A model generated the notes under the pieces. It did no database searches. It saw only the letters and a program-made list of their open reading frames with translations, and was not told where the DNA came from. A stretch of DNA of 63,764 bases, counting the filler, from Octopus bimaculoides (taxonomy: Eukaryota), in NCBI RefSeq assembly GCF_001194135.2. It is 5 parts of 5 records of this genome, joined end to end, with 100 filler letters (N's around TTAATTAATTAA, not from the genome) between each part and the next. Parts side by side here need not be neighbours in the genome. Positions count along the whole stretch, not along the records: positions 23,566 to 54,086 come from NC_068981.1; 4 more parts are not named here. One strand, written 5' to 3'. A program made the position numbers and the translations under genes. Shown here one piece after another: positions 38,110-51,167 of the stretch. Each line of letters begins with the position of its first letter. The first letter of the stretch is position 1.

Positions 38110-38462
38110 AACAACAAACAAGATGAGGACAAATATCCGTCAATTGTAAATAATGTAAATAATGTACATAATTCCTCATCTCTCAAATATAGAACAATAT
38201 TTATTCTTTGCTGATATGCTAATTATCCAGTGGTACAGTGCGAAGTCATTTCTTCGAGACACACTTATTATCAGTATAGTAATGCATAAAATATTTTCTC
38301 TTTCTGCCAAAGTGTATGACAGCTTCACTTCACGTATGAATATANNNNNNNNNNNNNNNNNNNNNNNNNNNNNNNNNNNNNNNNNNNNNNNNNNNNNNNN
38401 NNNNNNNNNNNNNNNNNNNNNNNNNNNNNNNNNNNNNNNNNNNNNNNNNNNNNNNNNNNNNN

Positions 38463-38496
<34 letters not shown>

Positions 38497-39759
38497 ACAG
38501 TAAGTTTAAGCACAAAGTATTACTTAAACTCCAATCACTCCATCGAAAGTTAGCTATGAGAACAGTCCTTATATGGCTGATGTGGACGAAAAAAGGTAGA
38601 CAAACTCATGCATGCTTGAGATGTATATGCATATGGCTTACAAAATGAAGAATAAAGTAAATAGCAGATTTTATTCTGTACTCCATGCATTTATGCGACA
38701 TCGGTAACACTTTTAACATAGTCCGTTAAAAACACCGTTTACTTCACAGCCAGGTGAAACGAATCGAACTAGGGGTGAACAAGAACGGAATCATTGATAT
38801 TTCACTGTTAAAGTTCCTCAGTGCTGTATACTGGGATAGTTTCTCATAACAATTTGAAATGGCTGGCTTCATGTACGTATATATAGCGTAAAGAAAATAT
38901 GCTGATTTATAACAATGCCGCACAAGTAAAACAAATGTCTAGGTTTGAATGAAAAGCAGCTCCATAGCGGGAACATTATCGATGTCGTATACTTAATGAA
39001 TGTGTGTTATTAAACACATTTTAGCTGCGGCTTTTCTTCCGGAAAATGTGCAACAGCCGTAGTGTGTTAAAATAAACTTCTTGAAAGCCAGGCGAAAGTG
39101 ATCGCTCCGGAGGTGAAAGGGAATGACAGATATTACTCAAAAATATATGTCTCTATATCTGTGTGTATTTGAGGGCATGTCTATGAGAAAATGTATACTC
39201 TCACACACACAGTTATTAATTTGCGAACTCCAGTAAACTTAAATGTTTTGTCTTTTGTAAGAGGATTTCTTATTGCGAAACCCTATTCAAATCACAAGAA
39301 AGAAAAGTTAGGAATAATTTTAGGCATTTTTAAAATCATTTCATATATCGTCTGACACGACGAAGAATGGAGATCAAATAATTCAATAATGAAGTGGAAT
39401 GACACCCAAACTATTGGCACAGTTTCGAGAAGTCGGAAAATCTTAGAACGTTCAATATTTCTCAATATATGAAATATTTTTTCCTATATAAATACTGTCA
39501 ACTTCTACAATATTACCAATGTGTGACATTTCAACTTGTGTGTGTATGTGTATGTTTTCCCTGTTAGATTCAAAGTTATCTACCTTAAAGGTGATTGAGT
39601 TAAATATTTCAAGGAATCGATTTTTCCGTTATTGTGCATTTCTAAGCTAGAATGAAGCATTGATATTGCCAAGGTTTGCTTACATTCTTTTGTTGATATC
39701 CAATACAAGAAGAATCATGAAGTACACAACTCTACATAATTACAGGACATGCAGGTATT

Positions 39760-40460
39760 AGTATGTAGAAGAGGCCACAACACAACCTGGAAATAGAGCA
39801 GCAGATATAGGAGTAGTTACCGTTGCTAATAAATCTAAGCCCAAACTAGCCATTTCAGTAGGAGTAGCAATATCAACTGCTGTGACAATGAAAGTTATAT
39901 CAATAGCATTGGCTGTAAAATTTACATTAAGAACAGTGGCAGCTATAAAACCAGTAACCATAGCAGTAATAATAAAACATGCAGTGAAACGTATAGTCTC
40001 AGAAATGAGGAAGAGTGTAGAAAATGAACAGACGATTAAGAATATATTGGTAACAACAACAGTAAGGCCAACTACAGTGGCAGCTCCAATAATTAGGTTT
40101 CAACCCATTCAGTTGCTACTATATCGGCCCATTCATTTGTTACTGTATCTTAGTTTCCGATACATTATACGAAATGTGCCAACCAATCGTTTCTCCTCCA
40201 AATTGCATCCCACAAAGATTTTACTGAATTCCATCCAACCAATGTTTTTACTACGAAAATGAACATGTAGATTTTCAGGTCTATAAAGAGCAGCAGTTCC
40301 TCCTCCAGAATGTCCAAAGTTGCAGGCGCTGCCTCTCATCTTTCGACTAAAAATTACACATAACAAGCAAAATAGTTGTTGCAGTCACGCTGACATCTGT
40401 GGTTACGTCGTTGTCAGCTTCATTTGAAGTAGCATTTCCAGTACAATATGCAGTTACTAA
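39760..40460. repeat. Decayed trinucleotide-periodic low-complexity tract
   Basis: Recurrent GCA/ACA/GTA/ATA triplets; 21-nt tandem duplication near 40104-40150. Confidence 0.5.
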
Positions 40461-40851
40461 TACAATATTGATTTCGCATATTCTTATAAAACCATCAACC
40501 TGTTGTAGAAGGGTATATTTGACTGAATCAACCCTATGAGTCTAATATTTACTTAATCACTGGTGGAGGGATTAATGATATATACATCGATGTTGAGAGG
40601 CAAAAGTAAATATTATAAAACATTTCGTATGGAAATATACTCGTTCTGGGTAACCACAACCGTCAACAAGTTATATAAAATCGATTGTTGAATTAGACAG
40701 AAGGCCATAAATGATTTGGTAAAACACAGAATGAACTGAATATGCATGTGTATAAATGATACTTACATATTTGCTCTATGAGAATAAGGAAAAACCAATT
40801 GAATTTCAACTAGAAATACATTTATAAATATTCCTAGTTAAAATCAGGCTC

Positions 40852-40882
<31 letters not shown>

Positions 40883-40884
40883 CT

Positions 40885-40926
<42 letters not shown>

Positions 40927-41359
40927 GTGAGAGGTCTGTCGGAAACAACGATATCCTTCAAGCAACCCATGACAGATGTAAATGTTTGATGTGCTTGTTG
41001 GCTGTGAACCTCTAGTACCTTGGAATTTCGATGTTCGAATTTATTCTCATTCGTAATTCTAGTTCTAGTAGGCTTTAAAATGGTATAATAGAATATGCAT
41101 AACATTTTTTTATGTTTACTGCGTAATAAGTGCGTATATACAAGTATAAACATGATAGTGTTTGTATTTGTACTCATAGACATATTAAAGTATACATGTA
41201 CGCACAACAAATGAGATTGACATCGCACAGAACATGCAATTACAAATAAATGCCTAAATACATGCCAGGATGAATTCTTAGACACACACACACTCACTGA
41301 CACGCACACGCACACACACACACACACACACACATACACACAAACACACACACAGAGCC

Positions 41360-41517
41360 GTCGCTGTTTGCTTCAAAACGATATGGTGCTGCGTTGAGTC
41401 TGACTCCTTGATACTTTGCGCAGATATCTTCTACTATAGCCTGGGGCCGATCAATGCCTTGTGTGTGGAATTCATGGACGGAAACTGAAAGAAGCGAGTT
41501 GTGTTTGTACGTGTGCT

Positions 41518-41559
<42 letters not shown>

Positions 41560-41735
41560 TATCCTACCGCTTGACAACCGGTTTTTGTGTGCTTACTTCC
41601 CGTAAGCTAGCGGTTTGTCAAAATTAACTGATACAATACATTCTAAGCTTAAACAATAAGTAATGTGGTCGATTCGTTCGACTAAGATTCTTCCGGGCAG
41701 TGTCCTTGTACGGCCGCAATTTAATGACTGAGACC
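41360..41735 (+). mobile_element. SINE family A, degenerate full copy with internal (TG)n
   Basis: Head ...cttctactatagcctggggccga...ggacggaaactgaaagaagc, then (TG)n, then ttgacaaccgg...ggtcgattcgttcgactaa. Confidence 0.75.
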
Positions 41736-41929
41736 GTATCTCTCTTCACTCCCGAAATCAGTTTGAATGACTTTTCACATTCTATTACACGACGAATTAC
41801 CTGGTATAGGAGAAAGGACGTTCATACAGTTGATCTATCATGGGACTTCTGACGGTTGAATTCCCCATCTTTCGCAAGAGTACACAGCCACATGTTTCTC
41901 ACCTCTAACACTTTAGTTTTTCATTGAGA

Positions 41930-42570
41930 TTCTCACGACACGCCCTCTGATGCCAGTACGTTAGGTTTTCGTGCATACGGTGACCCTTTTCAAATGTTTA
42001 CAAGTTTCACTTATACGCTTCCTCCACTTTTCAATGCTCCTTCTTCTCGGTTCCTTACATGGATTTGCAGTTCCTTTAAGTTCACTTTTATGCAATTTTT
42101 GTACCCTTTTTGCGGTGGGTACTGAAGAAGCTTTCCAGTGCACAATGCAGTGTGGAACAGCTGCTTTGAAAACATATTATCTTTCATACGGCCAACGTGG
42201 CCTGCTCAACGCATGTAAGTGAATATGATAAGTGACTAGATACTTATGCATCGTACTTTTGTAAGGACTTCTGTGTCATTTGTTTTAACTTGCAACTTGA
42301 TGCTGAGTATGTCTCTCTCAAACATTTTTCGTCAAAGCGTTCAAGGAACTTGAAATGCCTACGGTATACTGTCCATGTTTCAGAAGAGTACAAATGTGCC
42401 GTTAGTACGCACGCCTTCTAAACGTTTAGATTGGTCTTGCTTGTGATACTGCGAATGGCCCCAACTCACTTTTCAAGCCTCGCAAATGCTACTTATAATT
42501 TCTGAATGCATGGATTCATTTCAGCTTCGCATCTAGGAAGCCATCTATCGACGACATGCTACCCAGGTTA
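41930..42570 (-). mobile_element. RTE-BovB-type LINE, RT C-terminal fragment, degenerate
   Basis: LGSMSSIDGFLDA...KACVLTAHLYSSETWTVYRRHFKFLERFDEKCLR...AGHVGRMKDN..SKQLF, with stops and frameshifts. Confidence 0.88.
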
Positions 42571-43149
42571 AAAAAAAAAGTGTCGACCTTGTACCGTATA
42601 CTGCGTTATCTGGTTCGACATATGGTTCATCTGGTACAGCTGTGAACATTATCTTTTACATTTTTTTTTGTATACATACATGCATAAATACATACATACA
42701 TACATACATACATACGTACATACACATGAGTTTGGTTGCATTTGATTCGCTTAATTTCCCAAAAATTTCAATCTTTATAATTTCGGAACGTTTTGTTTCC
42801 ATTTTCTATGTATTTTTTGTGTAAATTTTAAGAAATTGGCTTAGAAAACTACTTCTGTGTAGAATTTTTTTTTAGGAAAGTGTATTTGTTGTGTGAAACC
42901 GTAAACTATTTTGTCACAGTTGCAATGAAAATGTCTTGTTTGGAGTTACAAATTAGGCATTTCTCCAAACAAAGCTAGTAAAATAAAGCCAGAAATATAT
43001 CCATGCATTCATACAAATATTTGTACTTATACGCTAACCACTGAGTTTGAACAATTACCGCTAGATATATATGAAGCTATATAGGTGGAAGGGTATACAA
43101 TAAGGCAGAATAACAGCTGTTATGCTGATATATATCCGGCTGCTTAACA

Positions 43150-44500
43150 TCTGTTTTATTCATCAAGTTAACCTAACGTTTAGTATATGTTTCAACAATC
43201 GATTCAACATCCATAACTACACCGACTACAACTATTGCCGACACAAACATCACTACTACCACCCCTACCAACAACGTTGTTCTTACTGCTGCCGTTACTG
43301 CTACTATTACTACTACTATTATCAGCACCAACACCGCCATCACCAGCACCCCCACCCCCACCGCAGACCACACTTTACTGCGTAATTTATATTCTCAACT
43401 TTTCTAAGTGCTACTCCCATTACGACCACCCCAAATCTCACTGCAGTCATCAAGATCAAATTATTATTATCAAGATACAATATTAAGAGAGAAAGAGAAG
43501 AGGAAGAGAGAGAGAGAAAGAGAGAGAAACACAATGAAATGCCACTCCCATACTTACAAGCATGATAATCACCACCCTCACCACCTCTACTGCTCTCAAC
43601 AAAGCCACTGACACGATTACAATTACCATAGCCACTAAAACTACTGACAGTAAATATCATTGTACTAAAAACGGTGGTTAATAGCAATGCCCATTACGAT
43701 GTAACACTCAACCTCAACTACTAAGAGCAAACCACAATTAGCAACACAAGGACTAGCACCAACGAACAAGAAGACAATCACCACACCTGCTTTTCACCAA
43801 TGCTAATAAACTGCATACAACATTGAACACCACTATCGCCACCGGCTACAACGTACAATAGTATCAACTCCAACTGCAGAAATATCCCAACATCACCGCT
43901 ATCACTACAAACAACAATATATTTGCACCAGCATCAATACCACAATCACCATCCTAAACAACGCCAAGAGATGAACCAACAAGAATATTATTACATTCAC
44001 CACCAATAGTAAGATCTGAACAAGACCAGAACCATACCAGCAGCATCCAATATTAACATCACAGTCACCACTCGCAGTCACATAGTAATCAACAACAACT
44101 AAATTGTCTACAGCGTCATAATCTTCACCGACACCACCACAATTATAAACAACAATACTGTAACACAATACCCCAATCTTCAATATCATAATCACCACTA
44201 ACAACATTATATACAACACCACAATCCCCAACAACACTATAACCACGACCAACACTTCTACAACCTGCAATTATTCCATAAAGTCACCAACATCACAAAC
44301 ACTATTAATATCAAGATACACCAATATCAACCTCAACAACATAGCATTCACTAACATCATAAATCATAGCACCAAAATGGCAAACAATACCACAATTTCC
44401 AACACCAAACTCGCCAACTGAACGATAGTCACACTCTGATCTCATCCGACAATATTGCAACTACCACCAATGTCATTACAGTCACAAATAACTGATGTTA
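43150..44500. repeat. Long decayed (CAA/CAC/TAC) trinucleotide tract
   Basis: Imperfect triplet periodicity; ORFs here are compositional. Confidence 0.75.
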
Positions 44501-44750
44501 AAAGAGGTACAAAGCATGAAATTTGGGTAGCGTCTGTCAGTTGATTAAATCACCCACAGTACTTTATTTTTCTTTCTGTTTTGTTCTTTTGTTGGGTGAG
44601 GGAGTTTATTGTTCTATCTGTAACCTATCCAAAGTGAATGAAAATCAATTGTGATCTCGTCAGGATTTGAACCCAGAAAGTAATTGACTGAATATAATGA
44701 CGCAATTTATTGTCTCCGACTCTTTAACGATGTTGCAAATTCACCAACCT
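44495..44750 (-). mobile_element. SINE family B, degenerate
   Basis: aggatttgaacccagaa...gcaatttattgtctccgactctttaacgatgttgcaaattcaccaacc. Confidence 0.55.
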
Positions 44751-44785
44751 GTATGAAATTGCTAATCTCTCTCTCTCTCTCTCTC

Positions 44786-44827
<42 letters not shown>

Positions 44828-44829
44828 TA

Positions 44830-44861
<32 letters not shown>

Positions 44862-47800
44862 TCTCTAATTTTGGTCCAGCTAAACCAGATTTTAACGGGA
44901 GGAGGTTCTATCAATTACATTATTTCAGTATGGGTTGGTATCTTATGTTATCCGAAGCGATGAAATGTAGAATTGATTTCGATGGGATTTGATCCCAGCG
45001 CCGGTGCAAATACCGTAGCGCATTTTAGCCGAGGCTCGAGCAATTCTGTTCACCCACCATCCTCTGTGTCAATGATCACCCACAGCACTGCAACAACAAC
45101 TTTCAAATTTCATTACAACCATCCTAAGACAATCCTCAAACTCCACAATCATCATATTTAAGTGACTCAAAACACAAAGACATGAACAAGTCCAAAATCA
45201 CAGCTAATAACTCCACTAGATGACAATCAGTAACACAATCAACACCAATACCACAGCCTCTAAAATAGATTATAAACAGCAATGTTAACGTGGTGCATAT
45301 TGTTCTTGATCGTAATTGTGGTATAGTTACTGTTTACAGGTTGGTGGTGGTGGTAATTGTTACGGGGTTAACTAACTATAAAATAACCACAATGCTATTA
45401 ACAATAAAGAATACCAACAATGGGTCCTGCATTAACTCTTCGAAACGCTTAGTTTTAGAATGGTGGCAGCTGATGAAAGAAACGTTCTCTATGTGGCCTG
45501 TGTGTTTTCTGTACACTGATTATCATTTTGTCCACGTTTTTTTTGCAACGTACTGTACCCAGATATGCATCTATATATACATGTACTTGTAGGTATGTAC
45601 ATACATGTATGTATATATGCCTATACTCACATATTATTTGTATTATATATATATATATATATATATATNNNNNNNNNNNNNNNNNNNNNNNNNNNNNNNN
45701 NNNNNNNNNNNNNNNNNNNNNNNNNNNNNNNNNNNNNNNNNNNNNNNNNNNNNNNNNNNNNNNNNNNNNNNNNNNNNNNNNNNNNNNNNNNNNNNNNNNN
45801 NNNNNNNNNNNNNNNNNNNNNNNNNNNNNNNNNNNNNNNNNNNNNNNNNNNNNNNNNNNNNNNNNNNNNNNNNNNNNNNNNNNNNNNNNNNNNNNNNNNN
45901 NNNNNNNNNNNNNNNNNNNNNNNNNNNNNNNNNNNNNNNNNNNNNNNNNNNNNNNNNNNNNNNNNNNNNNNNNNNNNNNNNNNNNNNNNNNNNNNNNNNN
46001 NNNNNNNNNNNNNNNNNNNNNNNNNNNNNNNNNNNNNNNNNNNNNNNNNNNNNNNNNNNNNNNNNNNNNNNNNNNNNNNNNNNNNNNNNNNNNNNNNNNN
46101 NNNNNNNNNNNNNNNNNNNNNNNNNNNNNNNNNNNNNNNNNNNNNNNNNNNNNNNNNNNNNNNNNNNNNNNNNNNNNNNNNNNNNNNNNNNNNNNNNNNN
46201 NNNNNNNNNNNNNNNNNNNNNNNNNNNNNNNNNNNNNNNNNNNNNNNNNNNNNNNNNNNNNNNNNNNNNNNNNNNNNNNNNNNNNNNNNNNNNNNNNNNN
46301 NNNNNNNNNNNNNNNNNNNNNNNNNNNNNNNNNNNNNNNNNNNNNNNNNNNNNNNNNNNNNNNNNNNNNNNNNNNNNNNNNNNNNNNNNNNNNNNNNNNN
46401 NNNNNNNNNNNNNNNNNNNNNNNNNNNNNNNNNNNNNNNNNNNNNNNNNNNNTATATGAGTGTGTGTTTAAGTGTTTTTTGTGTCGGTGGGGATGTTAGG
46501 TGTGTGTACGTGAGAGTGTGCGTATATCTCTGTCTGAGTATGTATGTGTTGTTTTGATCGTCCTTGTGGTGCGTGTGTGTGTGAGAGCAACCGTATGTAT
46601 GTGTGAGGGTGTGTACGTTTGTGTGCGTATGTGTGTGTATGTATGTGTGCATCTGTGTGTGTGCGTGGGAGTGTTTTGTGTGAGTGTGGGAGTGTACGTT
46701 AATCAAAATGACCGAGCATTGCAACTAAATTACGGATACAGCAATGTGGGATGGACAAACTTCAACACGGTTGTCAATCTACTTGTTAAAAATAGCAAGG
46801 AAATCTCCCCTTAAAAGCGACGTTTACCATAAGAAGTGCGACATATAAGATAACGTGTCTGTGATAAACTATGCCGGAGAATAGACGGAACAGTTCGCAC
46901 ATTTAATTGTACGTATGCTCAATATGGGCTAACCTGGGGCTAAACGGCATTATCAATGATCAGAAACAAACAATGCTGTTGTTTATTTTTATTTTTATTT
47001 TATTTTTATTTTTTAAAGTTTTTTTTTTTATATATCTCTATTTTCTCTACATGTGATTGGTACTTTATCTACATGCCTTACTTTCTCATTATCGTTATCT
47101 TCGTTCTTCCTATTCATCTCTGTTCTCCTACTCTTACATTTTTTTTCTTTCAAATAAATGTTTGCACACTATCACATTCGACTCACAACAACTTTCTCTT
47201 TCTCACTTTATTCTTGCTCTCCAAACTTTTACTATATCTATCGTTTTTGTTTTCTTCTTCCTTATCTACATTTTACTTCTCTCTTTCCTATATTTATATC
47301 ACTCTCCTTCATTATTTCCCTTTCGCTTACTCTCTCTCTCTCTCTCTCCCCCTCTCTCTCTCTCCCAATGTATTTCTATATATCTCTGATCTCCTAGTAC
47401 TTTCGTGTGTGTCCCCATCCCACTCTCTGTTTAAAGTAGTGTATTTGCATTTGTACGTTTTCTCTGTGTTTGTGTATATCTTTGTTTGGGTCGTTGTGTA
47501 TATGTACGCATGTCAAACAAAACACGTATATTGCATATTGTGCATTTGTGTCTAAACACTTACACCCACGTATACATACACACACACAAGAGAAAGCGAA
47601 TAATGCCTGTTTGAATCACTCTTACAACGACACCCACTACTCTGACCGCTTAACAAGTTTATGAGGGATTCCTCAACGCAGTCATAAGACTAGTTGATAT
47701 AGCACCCAAATCATGCTGAAAATAGATCGGCGTTCCGAGAGCTTTTCAGTAATGCCTAGCCTGGGGACAAAACAACGAAAAATATTCATCGGGTATCTTA

Positions 47801-48773
47801 AATGCATTTTTCCCTTTCCTCCATATCTCCATGTAGATTCATACGCATACGCACACATCCACACAATATATATGTATGCATATATATATATATATATATA
47901 TATANNNNNNNNNNNNNNNNNNNNNNNNNNNNNNNNNNNNNNNNNNNNNNNNNNNNNNNNNNNNNNNNNNNNNNNNNNNNNNNNNNNNNNNNNNNNNNNN
48001 NNNNNNNNNNNNNNNNNNNNNNNNNNNNNNNNNNNNNNNNNNNNNNNNNNNNNNNNNNNNNNNNNNNNNNNNNNNNNNNNNNNNNNNNNNNNNNNNNNNN
48101 NNNNNNNNNNNNNNNNNNNNNNNNNNNNNNNNNNNNNNNNNNNNNNNNNNNNNNNNNNNNNNNNNNNNNNNNNNNNNNNNNNNNNNNNNNNNNNNNNNNN
48201 NNNNNNNNNNNNNNNNNNNNNNNNNNNNNNNNNNNNNNNNNNNNNNNNNNNNNNNNNNNNNNNNNNNNNNNNNNNNNNNNNNNNNNNNNNNNNNNNNNNN
48301 NNNNNNNNNNNNNNNNNNNNNNNNNNNNNNNNNNNNNNNNNNNNNNNNNNNNNNNNNNNNNNNNNNNNNNNNNNNNNNNNNNNNNNNNNNNNNNNNNNNN
48401 NNNNNNNNNNNNNNNNNNNNNNNNNNNNNNNNNNNNNNNNNNNNNNNNNNNNNNNNNNNNNNNNNNNNNNNNNNNNNNNNNNNNNNNNNNNNNNNNNNNN
48501 NNNNNNNNNNNNNNNNNNNNNNNNNNNNNNNNNNNNNNNNNNNNNNNNNNNNNNNNNNNNNNNNNNNNNNNNNNNNNNNNNNNNNNNNNNNNNNNNNNNN
48601 NNNNNNNNNNNNNNNNNNNNNNNNNNNNNNNNNNNNNNNNNNNNNNNNNNNNNNNNNNNNNNNNNNNNNNNNNNNNNNNNNNNNNNNNNNNNNNNNNNNN
48701 NNNNNNNNNNNNNNNNNNNNNNNNNNNNNNNNNNNNNNNNNNNNNNNNNNNNNNNNNNNNNNNNNNNNNNNNN

Positions 48774-48852
<79 letters not shown>

Positions 48853-48855
<3 letters not shown>

Positions 48856-49060
48856 TCTATTTGTCCTCCACCATCGCTTGACAACCGATGCTGTTGTGCT
48901 TGTGTCCCCGTCACTTAGTGGTTCGGCAAAAGAGACCGATAGAATAAGTACTACGCTTACAAAGAATAAGCTCTGGGGTCGATTTGCTCGACTATAAAAG
49001 CAGTACTCCAGCATGGTCGCAGTCAAATGACTGAAGCAAGTAAAAGTTTAAAAGAGTAAA
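48853..49060 (+). mobile_element. SINE family A 3' half following (TA)n(TG)n and a gap
   Basis: ttgacaaccgatgctg...gttcggcaaaagagaccgatagaataagtact...aaatgactgaagcaagtaaaag. Confidence 0.85.
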
Positions 49061-49159
49061 GAGAGTTATATGCATAACATTCATGCAGCATAATTTTCTG
49101 TATATAACTATAAAATAAATATTGTGGATGTACAATTGTCCATACTCGTTATGAGTATT

Positions 49160-49720
49160 AATGTAGAACACACGGAATTACCCAATGGAAGAATTCACCC
49201 CCGACTAACGACTTGTAGGCAGAAATATTGCCTACTGATCGTTGTGGTTAGCCGGAAACTCGAATCAAGCGAAGAGCTAACACGGTATACGCCCTGAATA
49301 ATGTATCCCTCCAGACTATCATCGTCATCGTGTATCGCACGATGACATTACAACGAAGGTCTTCCCGTTTAAACACGAGTTCCCTATCGGATGTAGCGCA
49401 AGGTCTCCTGTCAGATGAAGCCATATTGTAATTTCGTTCTGTCTTTCTCATAGTGATTTCTTGACAAATATACTAGGCTGGTTTCATATTGCCTTCCCCA
49501 ACCGGATGGTTGCTAGACCAGATGGAGCCCATCCATTCTTCGACAGGTCATCTTGTTCGTTCTGCAGTAAGTCCACATACCTTCCTCACAAGAGTATCAA
49601 GCTACTCAAGTTGGGTAGCCGATTTAGTCACTGACCACTCGACCACAGAATAGGTAGTACTGGCTTATACGGTACCAGTAGCAGGTCTCATCAATCTGTG
49701 ATGAGATACCTGATCTGACT
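49160..49720 (-). mobile_element. Probable RTE LINE 5' UTR plus start of endonuclease, degenerate
   Basis: RC has ggtctagcaacc...ggggaaggcaatatgaaacc (RTE 5' UTR-like) followed by SDRRPCATSDREL, similar to RPERRTALVAREL. Confidence 0.5.
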
Positions 49721-50234
49721 ACAATGTTATTGTGTTTACATAATAATGTTTTTATAATTATATTCACTTCATAAACTCACATGCACAAACATCCGTACAT
49801 GCACGGACGCACAAGCATACACGTATACATGCATATTCATATATCGTAGACTTTTTATTTATTTTTCTTTTTACTCCCATCGCACTATATCTTTCTTAAA
49901 ACTTGTCTCTTACTTACTTTCATTCTTTTCGCGCTTAATCCTTTTGTTTGTTAATATCTTCCCAACTCCAGTAAGTATTTCATCCTTCTTTGTCTCCTTT
50001 TCTCTCTCTCTCGCTTTGTATCTATTCCTTTTCTATCCCGCTACTCACTTGCCTCTCTCATTTCTGTCCGCTTACTAACACACTCAGACACACACACGCA
50101 CACAAACACACACACACACACACGCACACAAACACGCACACACACACACTACACTAGTATCTTGGCATAAAAAAAAAACAAGGCTAGAACCCTCTTCAAT
50201 GCAAGCGTACCGCGAGGCAACTGTATTTATCTTG

Positions 50235-50278
<44 letters not shown>

Positions 50279-50309
50279 TTCTATCTCTCTCTCTCTATGT
50301 AACTATCTG

Positions 50310-50364
<55 letters not shown>

Positions 50365-50714
50365 CTCACTTTTTTGTTACACTCTCATTTTCTGTACCCA
50401 TTCTGCTTTCTTCCAATCTACATTCTCACGTTTCCAACTACCAATTCATACAACGAATCGTTTTTAATTTGTCACTTACAATTCCTCAAATCCTTCCTCA
50501 TATTCTGGTCAAATTTTCTTTCTCAGAAGTTTAAATTTCTTACATTAATTAATTCAGTTTGTTCTTCTATATATATGTATACGCGAAATATATATGCAGT
50601 GCGAAATTGTGATGATTTGGGTCCCAAAACAAATGAGGGATGGACATATTCACGTCTTGTGTGTAATTTTTTCCCCGTGTTTCTTTCATCGTTCTTCCGT
50701 GCACTTTTAATTCC

Positions 50715-50835
50715 TATTGGAATAAGTGCTAGGCTTACAAAGGATAAGTCCTGCGGTCGATTTGTTCGGCTAAAGGCGGTGCTCCAGGATGGCCGCTGTC
50801 AAATTACTGAAATAAATATAAACATAAAAGACTAA
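50715..50835 (+). mobile_element. SINE family A 3' fragment
   Basis: gaataagtgctaggcttacaaaggataagtcctgcggtcgatttgttcggctaaaggcggtgctccag. Confidence 0.8.
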
Positions 50836-50901
50836 AAGCATACGTCCATATGTACATACATACGTGTGTGTGTGTGTGTGTGTGTGTGTGTCTGTGTATG
50901 C

Positions 50902-51042
50902 TAACATATAATTGCCAACCAAGTGTGGCGTCCTATGCGGGACAGTGCTACTGAAGTTTATAGCTCAAGGAAGACACGGGGTTTAAACGTCAGTAGCACT
51001 GTCCCGTATAGGACGCCACACTCGGGTGGCAATTATATGTTA
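50902..51042. mobile_element. Young palindromic MITE (53-bp arms, TA ends)
   Basis: 50902-50954 pairs with 50990-51042 with 3 mismatches. Confidence 0.8.
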
Positions 51043-51130
51043 CTACTCCGTATTGCTACTGTTTACATATCGCAAAGCGATTTAATGTAGTATATATGTA
51101 TGTATATATGTATGCATGTGTGTATGTCTG

Positions 51131-51167
<37 letters not shown>

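Larger units (their letters stand above)
37842..38166. mobile_element. Inverted pair of the hammerhead-bearing repeat (about 140-bp arms, 44-nt spacer)
   Basis: 37842-37980 is the reverse complement of 38025-38166, with scattered mismatches. Confidence 0.85.
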
